Origin: Mytilus edulis | Taxonomy: Eukaryota | Direction of reading: 5' to 3' | DNA: 64,000 bases | Assembly (NCBI RefSeq): GCF_963676685.1 | Contig: NC_092346.1 | Location: 102,548,001 to 102,612,000, forward strand | Shown: positions 38,053 through 52,369 of the stretch, piece by piece | Numbering within the stretch: the stretch's first letter is position 1 | Layout of the letters: each line of letters begins with the position of its first letter | Notes under the pieces: model-generated | Databases searched by the model: none | What the model saw: the letters and a program-made list of their open reading frames with translations, nothing else | What the model was told of the DNA's origin: nothing | Position numbers and translations under genes: made by a program

Positions 38053-41000
38053 TCATCGCAAAATATTATAAATTGTCATTATAAATCCTATCAAACTAAA
38101 AGTAGATTTCACTGATTGCTGTCCATTGCATCCGTAGTCAAAACAACTCCAGTAAGTTGCACCATAAACATCTATTTCTTCTTCGGGTTTGAATCCATCG
38201 GTATAGTAACAGCTTCGGATAATCATTGCCCCTGAAAAAGTACAAATAAAAAATCTTCATTGCTAATTTAAAAAAAACTGTAACAAAGTTGAATCATGAT
38301 AAAAGATTTAAAAATCCGTAATAATGACGTTATTTTTACCGGTCTTCAATTGGTTTCTATAATATTATTTGTAAACAATGTAATATGCAATGCAAGTGTA
38401 GAACCTCTGGTCTACGGTCCGTTTGGTTGGGGTTTTTTTTCATTTTGTTTCATTTATAAGTCTCGGAGTTTAGTGTGGTGTCCACTTTCGCTGAACCAGT
38501 ATACTTTCTTGTTTAGGGACCAGTTGAGCCTTCGGTTCGTGATTTTCTCACTGTTTTGAAGTTTCATTGGTGGCCTTGGCCTGTTTTCTGTCACTAGTAA
38601 TCAAATATCATTTGTTCTCTGCCATCTTAATTACGTTATCTGAATTATTTTGTGGATGCTGAATCATTATATTGATTGGCAGTCATTGTTTCTGTGGTAA
38701 CAATTAAATGCAATTTGGCTTATTTCATTAATACTAGTGAGGAATTAAATGAGGAAGGTTTAGCTATGTCTCAAACATTGATTATTCTTCTGACATTGTA
38801 ACTGCTCGGCATACGACCCCATCCTGTTTCTTAAACTATTTTTTTGGTTTATTTTTCTGTGTTTTACTTTTGCTTTTTATATGTCTTACCTTTATACGGT
38901 TGAACCTTGTTAACCTCTTTTCTACAGGAAACAGTCATACTTTCGTCCGACATATTGCAAGGTTTCAGGAATTTGTTGTCTTTTCCTCCAAATTCATCTG
39001 CACACAATGGCTGCATATCTGATCGACATTCATGGCAACTAAACTCATCTAAGAGAAAATATCATCAAATGTTATGAGCACAAATAAATGATAATGGTGT
39101 TTGTAGTTATTATAATATATATTGTCAAGCAATGATAATGGTGTTTGTAGTTATTATAATATCTATTATCAAGCAACAAAAAAGTGTAAACCAAGATTTA
39201 GCAAAAAAATATAATTATGGTGTTTGTTACTGGTCAGATTGTCTTAGTGTTTATCGGGGGGTATTTCTTTTGTGTTTCAAGTACATGTCTTTCTGTTATG
39301 GGTGGATGTTAGATCATGTCAAGCTATATTCCTCATTTCCATGCAAGGGCCGACATTGTCCATGGACACAACGGAGCATGAGACATGGTTATCATTTGTT
39401 CATATATGCACCTTCAAACAACAGGCTATGAATGAAAACACGATGGTGAATATTTCTATAGATTGCAATGCCAATTTAATAGTAAAAGATATACAAAATC
39501 AATTGATCAAATTGTGTTTCTATTTGATGCTGATTAATCATAAAATTGATGGTGTTTCAAATAACGAATGGAATGACTAAACGTATGACATTGGGGATTT
39601 GTTGATTGTTTATATAACAGCATTTCACATACGGCGTTGTTCTAGTATCTGCACAATACTCAATACTATTGATATATCTATATCATATTGGAATAATGTT
39701 TGTAGGCTTATACCGGTGAAACAGGTATATTTATCTATTAGTCTTTTGTGATATTCAAGTTAAGGAAATAGTAAAGAATCTGAAACCTTTGCTGAAGGTC
39801 ACTATATATATGGTGCTCTTTCTTTTAGAGTGAGCTAAAATCACTGTCATAACCCACAGACAAGTTTGACCACATAATCCGTATAAAGATGTTTTATTTT
39901 AAACATATATTCAATTTTGTCGCGAATCAGCAAACACCTACCGTCGATAATATTCTATAATTGCTCACATCCACTTCATTTGAACTTTAGTGGATAGTCT
40001 TACTGGCAATCGTACCACATCCCTTAATTTTTATTTATCAAAATATTGCATTTTTTGTTATAAAAACAAAAAAAAAGATCAGGACAGGGTATTAAAATAT
40101 GGCCATTCTGGATGTCTTCCCCCTGGAATAAATGTCATATGCTAAGCAGATGTTCACCGTATGTTGGCTACTCCGCTCAGTTGTAATGGGGACTTTAACT
40201 CCGACGCCTCGTGGTAACCTCTAAAACAACTATTTGATAGGTCCATAGGTAGCTTAAATTATTGCACGGAACAATATCTGACCTATCCAATATACACTCA
40301 GTTTACATTGGTCTTCTAAAACGTTCTATCCAGGTCAACTTACTTTTTGGTTAATTATGTCATTTTCCTAGTCCTGTGTGTTTGAAATATTTGCCACTGG
40401 TCGTTAAACAAATATATACGGTGTGACATATATTCTATGGTTCATAAATTTCGATTTAGAAGTGTACAATTTAGAAGTGTTTGATGTGAAGTATATATGC
40501 TGTCAACATGAAGTTTCGTCAGTTTTTGTAAAATGAGATTTACTGTGGAAGTTCCAAGTTAAAATATATATATGTGGAATTCACATGTTTAATTATCGTT
40601 TAAATGATGCCGATTTTAGTGTGGTTCTGGGAAACTACATTAGATTTACTCGTAACTAGTAATAACTAGAGTAATACATAGACAGACATTAAGTAGGAGT
40701 ATCATACCCAGGATCAAATCAATTCAGATCAGATTTGAAATCCAGTAATATATATTCTATAAGCTTTAAACCGCTAAGAATTATAAACATGATTAAAACC
40801 TTATGTCAAAAATATTTTACATTTATACATATCATATGTTACCATGCAAGACTTATTATTTTTCTTTCCCTTATTGCGTTTTATAGCTGTTTACTACATC
40901 GTGTGTGTATCATATAAAACTATAACTTAATTGTATTTGACCTTCATTGTTTTGTTTCAATCGATCTCAAAGACATAAAAGCAAAGACAATTTATCCATA

Positions 41001-41110
41001 ATCAGAACAGTCATTATTGGAACAAATGTTAATTTATATTTACCTGTTTTACATAAAACTGTTCCAATTGCACACAGGCAGATAAACACACACAGAATAA
41101 TTCCACCCAT
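38053..41110 (-). CDS. Ly6/uPAR three-finger protein, quiver/sleepless-like, signal peptide + probable GPI anchor, 134 aa
   Basis: Exons 41110-41044, 39048-38890 and 38231-38053 (phases 1,1; 405 nt). Translation: MGGIILCVFICLCAIGTVLCKT/DEFSCHECRSDMQPLCADEFGGKDNKFLKPCNMSDESMTVSCRKEVNKVQPYK/GAMIIRSCYYTDGFKPEEEIDVYGATYWSCFDYGCNGQQSVKSTFSLIGFIMTIYNILR*. It has CxxC, C.D.F, CRK, IRSC, C....CN and a hydrophobic tail. Confidence 0.85.
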
Positions 41111-42899
41111 TATTTTTTACTGTGCATGCGATAATGTACGTGCGCACATAACAATTCAAAGGGGCTCTTGTGGGAGAATAATAATAACTTTCAATAAGTT
41201 GTATGAAGATTGTATCCTTGTCACGTCCTTATGTTATAATGAACTCCACAGGTGTCAAATGAAAAGACATACATTTGACTTAGAATTCTGTCGTTAAAAG
41301 AACGCATTTACCAGTAAATATCGATGTAATATAATTCCTTGATTTCTAAAACAGTCGTTTTATGTATAGATATTGGAAATTATGCTATTAACAATTATAT
41401 GGAGATTACACTATCCGTTAAGAACAAGCAATGTAATATAGAGCGAGTGGCATCATGTGTATGGATTTTTGTAAATTAGATTTCCGACATGCAGACAAGT
41501 TAATGTCAGCTGCAATAGAAACTGCAATTTTCTCAGTCAGTTAGTATATCAACTATAACAATGTTTAAAACGGATAGGAGAAAATTTGTAAGAATATCAA
41601 GTGCGAACAGTATTAGTCTTATCCATGTTTACCTCATTTATATGCTCTGAACAAATAGAACTAATTCCTTTGTGCCAAGAACAAAATTTTGGCACATATT
41701 TTGATATTTTATTGTCTTTGTTGGTGCATAAACATATATACAATTTATATCTTATCGTATGTTTTTCTATGTTGTGATGTTACACTATTGTTTCAGAAAA
41801 AGGGAGAAGGTTTGGTACCATTAAAACGTTTAATCCCGATGTAAATGTTTTCACCTGTCCTAAGTCAGGAATCTTATGTACAGTAGTTGTCGTTTGTTTA
41901 TGTAATTTATACGCGCTTCTCGTTTCTCGTTTTATATATATATAAGACCGATGTTTTTTCCCGTTTGAATGGTTTTACACTTGTTATTTTAGGACCCTTT
42001 AAAGCTTGTTGTTCAGTGTGAGCCAAGGCTCCGTGTTGAAGGCCATACATTGACCTATAATGGTTTACTTTTATAAATTGTAATTTGGATGGAGAGTTGT
42101 CTCATTATCACTCACATCACATCTTCCTATATCTACATATGTCTTTGGATGGTAAAAAGTTTCGTAATTTAGTACTTCAACACGCAGGATTTAAAACTAT
42201 GTATATAAATCAAAACATGATGGTGTCTTCTTATAAACACATGTCCGATACAAAACCATCTGAAAGCAAGCTATGGTGGGTTCGTGAAAATGAGGTCAAT
42301 GACAATAGATATATGACAAATGGAAACTTCAGATAATAGATCACCTGCATACTTTATACGAAGCATCCAGTCTTGTAGTTTCTGACATATTTATCTTTAT
42401 ACACATATGTTCCAGTCATGGCCACTAGGGTAGCATATTACCTATGTGTCCCATTCTAAGATCGTCATGAAAAATGTATGAAATACTTTCCACTGGGCAT
42501 TAAGCAACGACAATCACATTTTAAGACATTTGTTGCAGTCAAAACAAAAGCCCAATTAAATCTAATGTTTCACCTGATTCAAATTTTATGGTTTCACTTG
42601 CTACATGATTACCAGTAAATTGAATACTTCAGACTTGTGTCATAGTGATCTTAAGAGGACTTCTAAATACCTTTAATTTTTTTAAACCAAACTAAGACGT
42701 AGAAAGATAACATCATCAGTAAGAAAAAGTGGATATTTACAGGCTTTTATCAGTACAGTATCACTAATTAAGAAATGCACCTAAATGCAAAACTTAACAA
42801 AAGTCAATCAAATATGGGCTTTATGAATTCTGCCTTGTAAAATACAGGAGTCCTGTATGTTGTGCATATGAAAAAAGATTCATGACAAAGGAACCTTGG

Positions 42900-45800
42900 C
42901 AAATACTAAGATAGACATGAAACAGCACCAATACCTACAGGTTTAAATATATCTTCAAACAACAAGGCAAACACCAAGATGAACACAAACCAACTCCACT
43001 ACCTACAGGTTTAAACAGATTTCCAAACAAGGCAAACACCAAGATGGGCATGAAACAACACCACACCTACAGGTTTAAATAGATTTCCAAACAAGGCAAA
43101 CACCAAGATGGACATGAAACAACACCACACCTACAGGTTTAAATAGATCTCCAAAAACAACCAGGCAAACACCAAGATGGACATGAAACAACACCACTAC
43201 CTACAGGTTTAAATAGATCTCCAAACAACAAGGCAAACACCAAGATGGACATGAAACAACACCACTACCTACAGGTTTAAATAGATCTTCAAACAACAAG
43301 GCAAACACCAAGATGGGCATGAAACAACACCACACCTACAGGTTTAAATAGATCTTCAAACAACAAGGCAAACACCAAGATGGACATGAAACAACACCAC
43401 ACCTACAGGTTTAAACATATACTCAAACAACAAGGCAAACACCAAGATGGACATGAAACAACACCACACCTACAGGTTTAAACATATCTTCAAACAACAA
43501 GGCAAACACCAAGATGAACACAAACCAACTCCACTACCTACAGGTTTAAATAGATTTCCAAACAAGGCAAACACCAAGATGGACATGAAACAACACCACA
43601 CCTACAGGTTTAAATAGATCTCCAAAAACAACAAGGCAAACACCAAGATGGACATGAAACAACACCACTACCTACAGGTTTAAATAGATCTTCAAACAAC
43701 AAGGCAAACACCAATATGGACATGAAACAACACCACACCTACAGGTTTAAACATATCTCCAAACAGCAAGGCAAACACCAAGATGGGCATGAAACAACAT
43801 CACACCTACAGGTTTAAATAGATCTTCAAACAACAAGGCAAACACCAAGATGGGCATGAAACAACACCACACCTACAGGTTTAAACATATCTTCAAACAA
43901 CAAGGCAAACACCAAGATGGACATGAAACAACACCACACCTACAGGTTTAAACATATCTTCAAACAACAAGGCAAACACCAAGATGGGCATGAAACAACA
44001 CCACACCTACAGGTTTAAATAGATCTCCAAAAACAACAAGGCAAACACCAAGATGGACATGAAACAACACCACACCTACAGGTTTAAATAGATCTCCAAA
44101 AACAACAAGGCAAACACCAAGATGGACATGAAACAACACCACTACCTACAGGTTTAAATAGATCTTCAAACAACAAGGCAAACACCAATATGGACATGAA
44201 ACAACACCACACCTACAGGTTTAAACATATCTCCAAACAGCAAGGCAAACACCAAGATGGACATGAAACAACACCACTACCTACAGGTTTAAATAGATCT
44301 TCAAACAACAAGGCAAACACCAATATGGACATGAAACAACACCACACCTACAGGTTTAAACATATCTCCAAACAGCAAGGCAAACACCAAGATGGGCATG
44401 AAACAACATCACACCTACAGGTTTAAATAGATCTTCAAACAACAAGGCAAACACCAAGATGGGCATGAAACAACACCACACCTACAGGTTTAAATAGATC
44501 TTCAAACAACAAGGCAAACACCAAGATGGACATGAAACAACACCACACCTACAGGTTTAAACATATCTTCAAACAACAAGGCAAACACCAAGATGGGCAT
44601 GAAACAACACCACACCTACAGGTTTAAATAGATCTCCAAAAACAACAAGGCAAACACCAAGATGGACATGAAACAACACCACACCTACAGGTTTAAATAG
44701 ATCTTCAAACAACAAGGCAAACACCAAGATGGACATGAAACAACACCACACCTACAGGTTTAAATAGATCTCCAAACAACAAGGCAAACACCAAGATGGA
44801 CATGAAACAACACCACTACCTACAGGTTTAAATAGATCTTCAAACAACAAGGCAAACACCAATATGGACATGAAACAACACCACACCTACAGGTTTAAAC
44901 ATATCTCCAAACAGCAAGGCAAACACCAAGATGGGCATGAAACAACACCACACCTACAGGTTTAAATAGATCTCCAAAAACAACAAGGCAAACACCAAGA
45001 TGGACATGAAACAACACCACACCTACAGGTTTAAATAGATCTTCAAACAAGAAGGCAAACACCAAGATGGACATGAAACAACACCACTACCTACAGGTTT
45101 AAACATATCTTCAAACAACAAGGCAAACACCAAGATGGACATGAAACAACACCACACCTACAGGTTTAAATAGATCTTCAAACAACAAGGCAAACACCAA
45201 GATGGGCATGAAACAACACCACACCTACAGGTTTAAATAGATCTTCAAACAACAAGGCAAACACCAAGATGGGCATGAAACAACACCACACCTACAGGTT
45301 TAAATAGATCTTCAAACAACAAGGCAAACACCAAGATGGACATGAAACAACACCACACCTACAGGTTTAAATAGATCTTCAAACAACAAGGCAAACACCA
45401 AGATGGACATGAAACAACACCACACCTACAGGTTTAAATAGATCTCCAAAAACAACAAGGCAAACACCAAGATGGACATGAAACAACACCACACCTACAG
45501 GTTTAAATAGATCTTCAAACAACAAGGCAAACACCAAGATGGACATGAAACAACACCACACCTACAGGTTTAAACATATCTTCAAACAACAAGGCAAACA
45601 CCAAGATGGACATGAAACAACACCACACCTACAGGTTTAAACATATCTTCAAACAGCAAGGCAAACACCAAGATGGGCATGAAACAACACCACACCTACA
45701 GGTTTAAACATATCTTCAAACAACAAGGCAAACACCAAGATGGACATGAAACAACACCACACCTACAGGTTTAAATAGATCTTCAAACAACAAGGCAAAC

Positions 45801-48800
45801 ACCAAGATGGGCATGAAACAACACCACACCTACAGGTTTAAACATATCTTCAAACAACAAGGCAAACACCAAGATGGACATGAAACAACACCACACCTAC
45901 AGGTTTAAATAGATCTTCAAACAACAAGGCAAACACCAAGATGGACATGAAACAACACCACACCTACAGGTTTAAACATATCTTCAAACAGCAAGGGAAA
46001 CACCAAGATGGGCATGAAACAACACCACACCTACAGGTTTAAATATATCTTCAAACAACAAGGCAAACACCAAGATGGACATGAAACAACACCACACCTA
46101 CAGGTTTAAATAGATCTCCAAAAACAACAAGGCAAACACCAAGATGGACATGAAACAACACCACACCTACAGGTTTAAATAGATCTTCAAACAACAAGGC
46201 AAACACCAAGATGGACATGAAACAACACCACACCTACAGGTTTAAACATATCTTCAAACAACAAGGCAAACACCAAGATGGACATGAAACAACACCACAC
46301 CTACAGGTTTAAACATATCTTCAAACAGCAAGGCAAACACCAAGATGGGCATGAAACAACACCACACCTACAGGTTTAAATAGATCTTCAAACAACAAGG
46401 CAAACACCAAGATGGGCATGAAACAACACCACACCTACAGGTTTAAACATATCTTCAAACAACAAGGCAAACACCAAGATGGACATGAAACAACACCACA
46501 CCTACAGGTTTAAACATATCTTCAAACAACAAGGCAAACACCAAGATGGACATGAAACAACACCACACCTACAGGTTTAAACATATCTTCAAACAGCAAG
46601 GGAAACACCAAGATGGACATGAAACAACACCACACCTACAGGTTTAAATAGATCTTCAAACAACAAGGCAAACACCAAGATGGGCATGAAACAACACCAC
46701 ACCTACAGGTTTAAATAGATCTTCAAACAACAAGGCAAACACCAAGATGGACATGAAACAACACCACACCTACAGGTTTAAATAGATCTCCAAAAACAAC
46801 AAGGCAAACACCAAGATGGACATGAAACAACACCACACCTACAGGTTTAAATAGATCTTCAAACAACAAGGCAAACACCAAGATGGACATGAAACAACAC
46901 CACACCTACAGGTTTAAATAGATCTTCAAACAACAAGGCAAACACCAAGATGGACATGAAACAACACCACACCTACAGGTTTAAATAGATCTTCAAACAA
47001 CAAGGCAAACACCAAGATGGACATGAAACAACACCACACCTACAGGTTTAAATAGATCTTCAAACAACAAGGCAAACACCAAGATGGACATGAAACAACA
47101 CCACACCTACAGGTTTAAATAGATCTCCAAAAACAACAAGGCAAACACCAAGATGGACATGAAACAACACCACACCTACAGGTTTAAATAGATCTTCAAA
47201 CAACAAGGCAAACACCAAGATGGACATGAAACAACACCACACCTACAGGTTTAAATAGATCTCCAAAAAACAACAAGGCAAACACCAAGATGGACATGAA
47301 ACAACACCACACCTACAGGTTTAAATAGATCTTCAAACAACAAGGCAAACACCAAGATGGACATGAAACAACACCACACCTACAGGTTTAAATAGATCTT
47401 CAAACAACAAGGCAAACACCAAGATGGGCATGAAACAACACCACTACCTACAGGTTTAAATAGATCTTCAAACAACAAGGCAAACACCAAGATGGACATG
47501 AAACAACACCACACCTACAGGTTTAAATAGATCTTCAAACAACAAGGCAAACACCAAGATGGGCATGAAACAACACCACACCTACAGGTTTAAACATATC
47601 TTCAAACAACAAGGCAAACACCAAGATGGACATGAAACAACACCACACCTACAGGTTTAAATAGATCTTCAAACAACAAGGCAAACACCAAGATGGACAT
47701 GAAACAACACCACACCTACAGGTTTAAACATATCTTCAAACAGCAAGGGAAACACCAAGATGGGCATGAAACAACACCACACCTACAGGTTTAAATATAT
47801 CTTCAAACAACAAGGCAAACACCAAGATGGACATGAAACAACACCACACCTACAGGTTTAAATAGATCTCCAAAAACAACAAGGCAAACACCAAGATGGA
47901 CATGAAACAACACCACACCTACAGGTTTAAATAGATCTTCAAACAACAAGGCAAACACCAAGATGGACATGAAACAACACCACACCTACAGGTTTAAACA
48001 TATCTTCAAACAACAAGGCAAACACCAAGATGGACATGAAACAACACCACACCTACAGGTTTAAACATATCTTCAAACAGCAAGGCAAACACCAAGATGG
48101 GCATGAAACAACACCACACCTACAGGTTTAAATAGATCTTCAAACAACAAGGCAAACACCAAGATGGGCATGAAACAACACCACACCTACAGGTTTAAAC
48201 ATATCTTCAAACAACAAGGCAAACACCAAGATGGACATGAAACAACACCACACCTACAGGTTTAAACATATCTTCAAACAACAAGGCAAACACCAAGATG
48301 GACATGAAACAACACCACACCTACAGGTTTAAACATATCTTCAAACAGCAAGGGAAACACCAAGATGGGCATGAAACAACACCACACCTACAGGTTTAAA
48401 TAGATCTTCAAACAACAAGGCAAACACCAAGATGGACATGAAACAACACCACACCTACAGGTTTAAATAGATCTCCAAAAACAACAAGGCAAACACCAAG
48501 ATGGACATGAAACAACACCACACCTACAGGTTTAAATAGATCTTCAAACAACAAGGCAAACACCAAGATGGACATGAAACAACACCACACCTACAGGTTT
48601 AAATAGATCTTCAAACAACAAGGCAAACACCAAGATGGACATGAAACAACACCACACCTACAGGTTTAAATAGATCTTCAAACAACAAGGCAAACACCAA
48701 GATGGACATGAAACAACACCACACCTACAGGTTTAAATAGATCTTCAAACAACAAGGCAAACACCAAGATGGGCATGAAACAACACCACTACCTACAGGT

Positions 48801-49605
48801 TTAAATAGATCTTCAAACAACAAGGCAAACACCAAGATGGACATGAAACAACACCACACCTACAGGTTTAAATAGATCTTCAAACAACAAGGCAAACACC
48901 AAGATGGACATGAAACAACACCACACCTACAGGTTTAAACATATCTTCAAACAACAAGGCAAACACCAAGATGGACATGAAACAACACCACACCTACAGG
49001 TTTAAATAGATCTCCAAAAACAACAAGGCAAACACCAAGATGGACATGAAACAACACCACACCTACAGGTTTAAATAGATCTCCAAAAACAACAAGGCAA
49101 ACACCAAGATGGACATGAAACAACACCACACCTACAGGTTTAAATAGATCTCCAAAAACAACAAGGCAAACACCAAGATGGACATGAAACAACACCACAC
49201 CTACAGATTTAAACATATCTTCAAACAACAAGGCAAACACCAAGATGGGCATGAAACAACACCACACCTACAGGTTTAAACATATCTCCAAACAGCAAGG
49301 GAAACACCAAGATGGGCATGAAACAACACCACACCTACAGGTTTAAATAGATCTTCAAACAACAAGGCAAACACCAAGATGGGCACGAAACAACACCACA
49401 CCTACAGGTTTAAATAGATCTCCAAAAACAACAAGGCAAACACCAAGATGGACATGAAACAACACCACACCTACAGGTTTAAACATATCTTCAAACAACA
49501 AGGCAAACACCAAGATGGACATGAAACAACACCACACCTACAGGTTTAAACATATCTTCAAACAGCAAGGCATGCACCAAGCAAGGCATGCACCAAGATG
49601 GACAT
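42900..49605. repeat. 67-bp (65-70) satellite, ~99 copies, strongly strand-asymmetric (CA-rich on +)
   Basis: Unit AAACAACAAGGCAAACACCAAGATGGACATGAAACAACACCACACCTACAGGTTTAAATAGATCTTC, with no unique spacers. Confidence 0.98.
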
Positions 49606-49649
49606 CCAGATGGTACTGACCAAAGAGGTTATAGAAAATAAAAACAAAT

Positions 49650-51647
49650 ATCAAAAGTGATGTAACATTTTTATTGAGCATTAGAATTTATCAGGATGCA
49701 GTACAATATCATATTTTAGTAACAGCCTTAACTTCATACCACTAGTATTACTTTTAACACATATGGGTACTATTGAAATGTTTTTGAAAACATGGATTAT
49801 AACTAAAGAATTCTACAATATACAATACTAATACAACTACTCTCCCAATATTAGGTCAAAATGCTAAATATATGGGGGCAGATTCAGTGCACATCAGATG
49901 CAAACCCCATTAAATCAGAAAAAATATTGTTGATTTGCTCGGATTTGTTTTTATACTGTTGCCTTACTTGGTAATCATAATTTTTAGGGTTCCACCTTCT
50001 AAGCATTAAATCCTAGAGGTGCTCTTGTTATAAGTTTTAAAATGAGTCCATTTGAGAAGAATAAATCAAGCTGAGCATGATGTTTTGAGTATTTTTTGGA
50101 AAACAGAATGTAAAAAAATACAAAATAATTTTATTGATATGAAATCATGCTGACACTTACATAGAAACCAGCTTTTGACATTAAACAAATGCTAAGTTTC
50201 AGAAGAGAACAAGAAAAAATTTCCAAATTGGATTTCACAAAATATAAATACCTACAACTAAATCTGAAGTTTCAAATATTACAAATGTTTTTGTAAAAGA
50301 GATTCAAACCGGTATCACTTTCTGGTATATTTTTAAAACTTTCTATCTTGCTTGCATCTCTTTTGTATGCAAGGTAACATTCTGTATATCAAGAAAGGAG
50401 ATTTCGTAAATTTCTTTTATACACCATGATTAAACTTTTCATAATTTCCTGGGTGCTACTGAGCCAATTGAAGCGAAGAATTAAGTGGAAATTTATTGTT
50501 TAAAAAATACCACCAGCTCTTGTATAAAACAAATGGTAAAATGGTTTTCTAAACTAGTATGGTTATCATTTTATAACTTGAATATCTGAGTATAAAATAT
50601 CAATAATAAAATAGCATGAGATTGGCTGATTATATTTATACTCAGATGTAAAATCATGTCATGGGGACACTAAAGTACTTTTAGTGTTAAAAAGTCTAGC
50701 TGATGATGCTAAACCTATTATTTGTTCATCATATATGTTTTCTTTAGTGCTGTGGGACAATGTTTTATTGTTTTGAAAGAAACAGGAACAACAATTTAAT
50801 GAGTAACAAAAATTCATACATAGCACACATTTGACATTACATATAAAAAAACTTAAAATATCAAATTGAGGAGTATGCAGCTACAAGTGCTTCTTTACAG
50901 ATTAATAAAAAGATGGATTTGTATATAGGTTAAAATAATATCAATAATTACATGTAAAAGAACACAAACAAAATAAAAAAGTAGGTTCTTCTTCATAGAG
51001 ATCTTAAATTTGTTCAGATATAATTCTTGATAGGGACTATATTTTGGCACTAAATTTATGCATACAAACATATATATTGAGTATTTTAATACAAATTATA
51101 CAATATGTACATCAGATCTTGTTAAAAACACCATATTGTACAACCTTAGAACATATTATCTACAAAGAATGTAAAGGAAATAAAAAATACACACACTTTT
51201 ACTGAAGTTTTTATAAGATGAGACTTTATACACAGACTTGATCCATAAAACATTTTGATCTCAAATTGTTTGATTTTCCCATGATGTTTAACAAAAATTG
51301 GTATATTTTTTCTTCTGTATGTTGCATTTAAACTTTTTCATAGGAATATTAACTGTTTTTTATAAGCCAACACAAGATAAGATTTTGGTAAAAAAAAAAA
51401 AGTCTGAAATAGTTAAATCAATATTAGAATGTAAATAGTTTTTCACTCAAAAGCTATGAGAATGACAAACAAAAAGGTTTAACTCAATATAATACTATTT
51501 AACATGTAGATAATACCTAGGAACTCTATATGAACATGATTTGTTTTGCATATAACTACTATAACTAACAATACACATCTTTGGTGTAACAATTTTGTCA
51601 TCTATTGATTTTTTTTATCATCTTATCTATGCAGTCAATGGTTAAAC
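49650..51647 (-). other. Putative non-coding last exon (3'UTR) of nidogen
   Basis: The stop TAA (52372-52370) is followed by AC|GTGAGT, a consensus donor. A matching acceptor TTTGCTTTTACAG| lies at 51648/51647. Confidence 0.55.
49670..49675 (-). terminator. Candidate poly(A) signal AATAAA of nidogen
   Basis: TTTATT on + at the end of a ~2-kb AT-rich putative 3'UTR exon, followed on - by a T/GT-rich tract. Confidence 0.45.
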
Positions 51648-52369
51648 CTGTAAAAGCAAATGAGATCAATATTACGCAACAGTTATGAATTAGGTTTTCA
51701 GATATCAAAATATATATATTTTTTATGCTGTATAATGTATGAAGTTGTTTTGAAGTAGAAAGGTGTCTTAAAACTGTTACTTACCATTACATTAGAGGAT
51801 TTTTGCATCTAAATTCAATTACTTTTCAGGTGATTTTTTTTTTCAAAGTGGCTTGCAGTGTACAGCTAGTCCAAATTGTATCATGCTTTTCTAGTAGTTA
51901 CCAGTGGCTTCAAATTCTTTACATCGATTGAGAATTTGTATTTTTGCTTTAAGGTGGTACCGGGTACATAATTCTACAGGGAGATAACTCTGCTGAACAT
52001 TTTAACCATGTTCTATTAAGACAATATTAGGCATCTCAATGATCATATTAGTGTTGGTCAAACTACTATATAACCAATAATTTTTTATTTCTGATAAAGC
52101 TTGTGGTTCAAGTTCAAGCCAGGGGGGTTCGGGGGTTCAGACGAACCCCCTCTTGAAAACAAATAAGCACTGTTAGTCAACTTTCTGTTCGAATTGTGAC
52201 TGTTAAAGTCGAGTTCGTGAGTCCAAATAACCCCCTTGAAAATTTCTGGCTACAGGAATATTTTGTAAAATTTTATGTAAAAAAATAATTTTAGTCAAGG
52301 TATTAGGTACAACCATAATTCTTCAAAAAATCAAAACACTATGCGCCTTTTTAAACTTTAAACTCACGT

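Noticed and set aside
42900-49605. CRISPR-like array or repetitive protein (MWCCF.../VVLFHVHLGVCLVV ORFs)
   Set aside because: Units are contiguous with no unique spacers, there are no cas genes, and the context is eukaryotic. The 67-bp period breaks frame, so the ORFs are by-products of the repeat.
51949-52353. Possible TTAA-flanked (Kolobok/piggyBac-like) MITE in the 3'UTR intron
   Set aside because: The left end TTAAGGTGGTACC is suggestive, but the right end is too degenerate to define TIRs.
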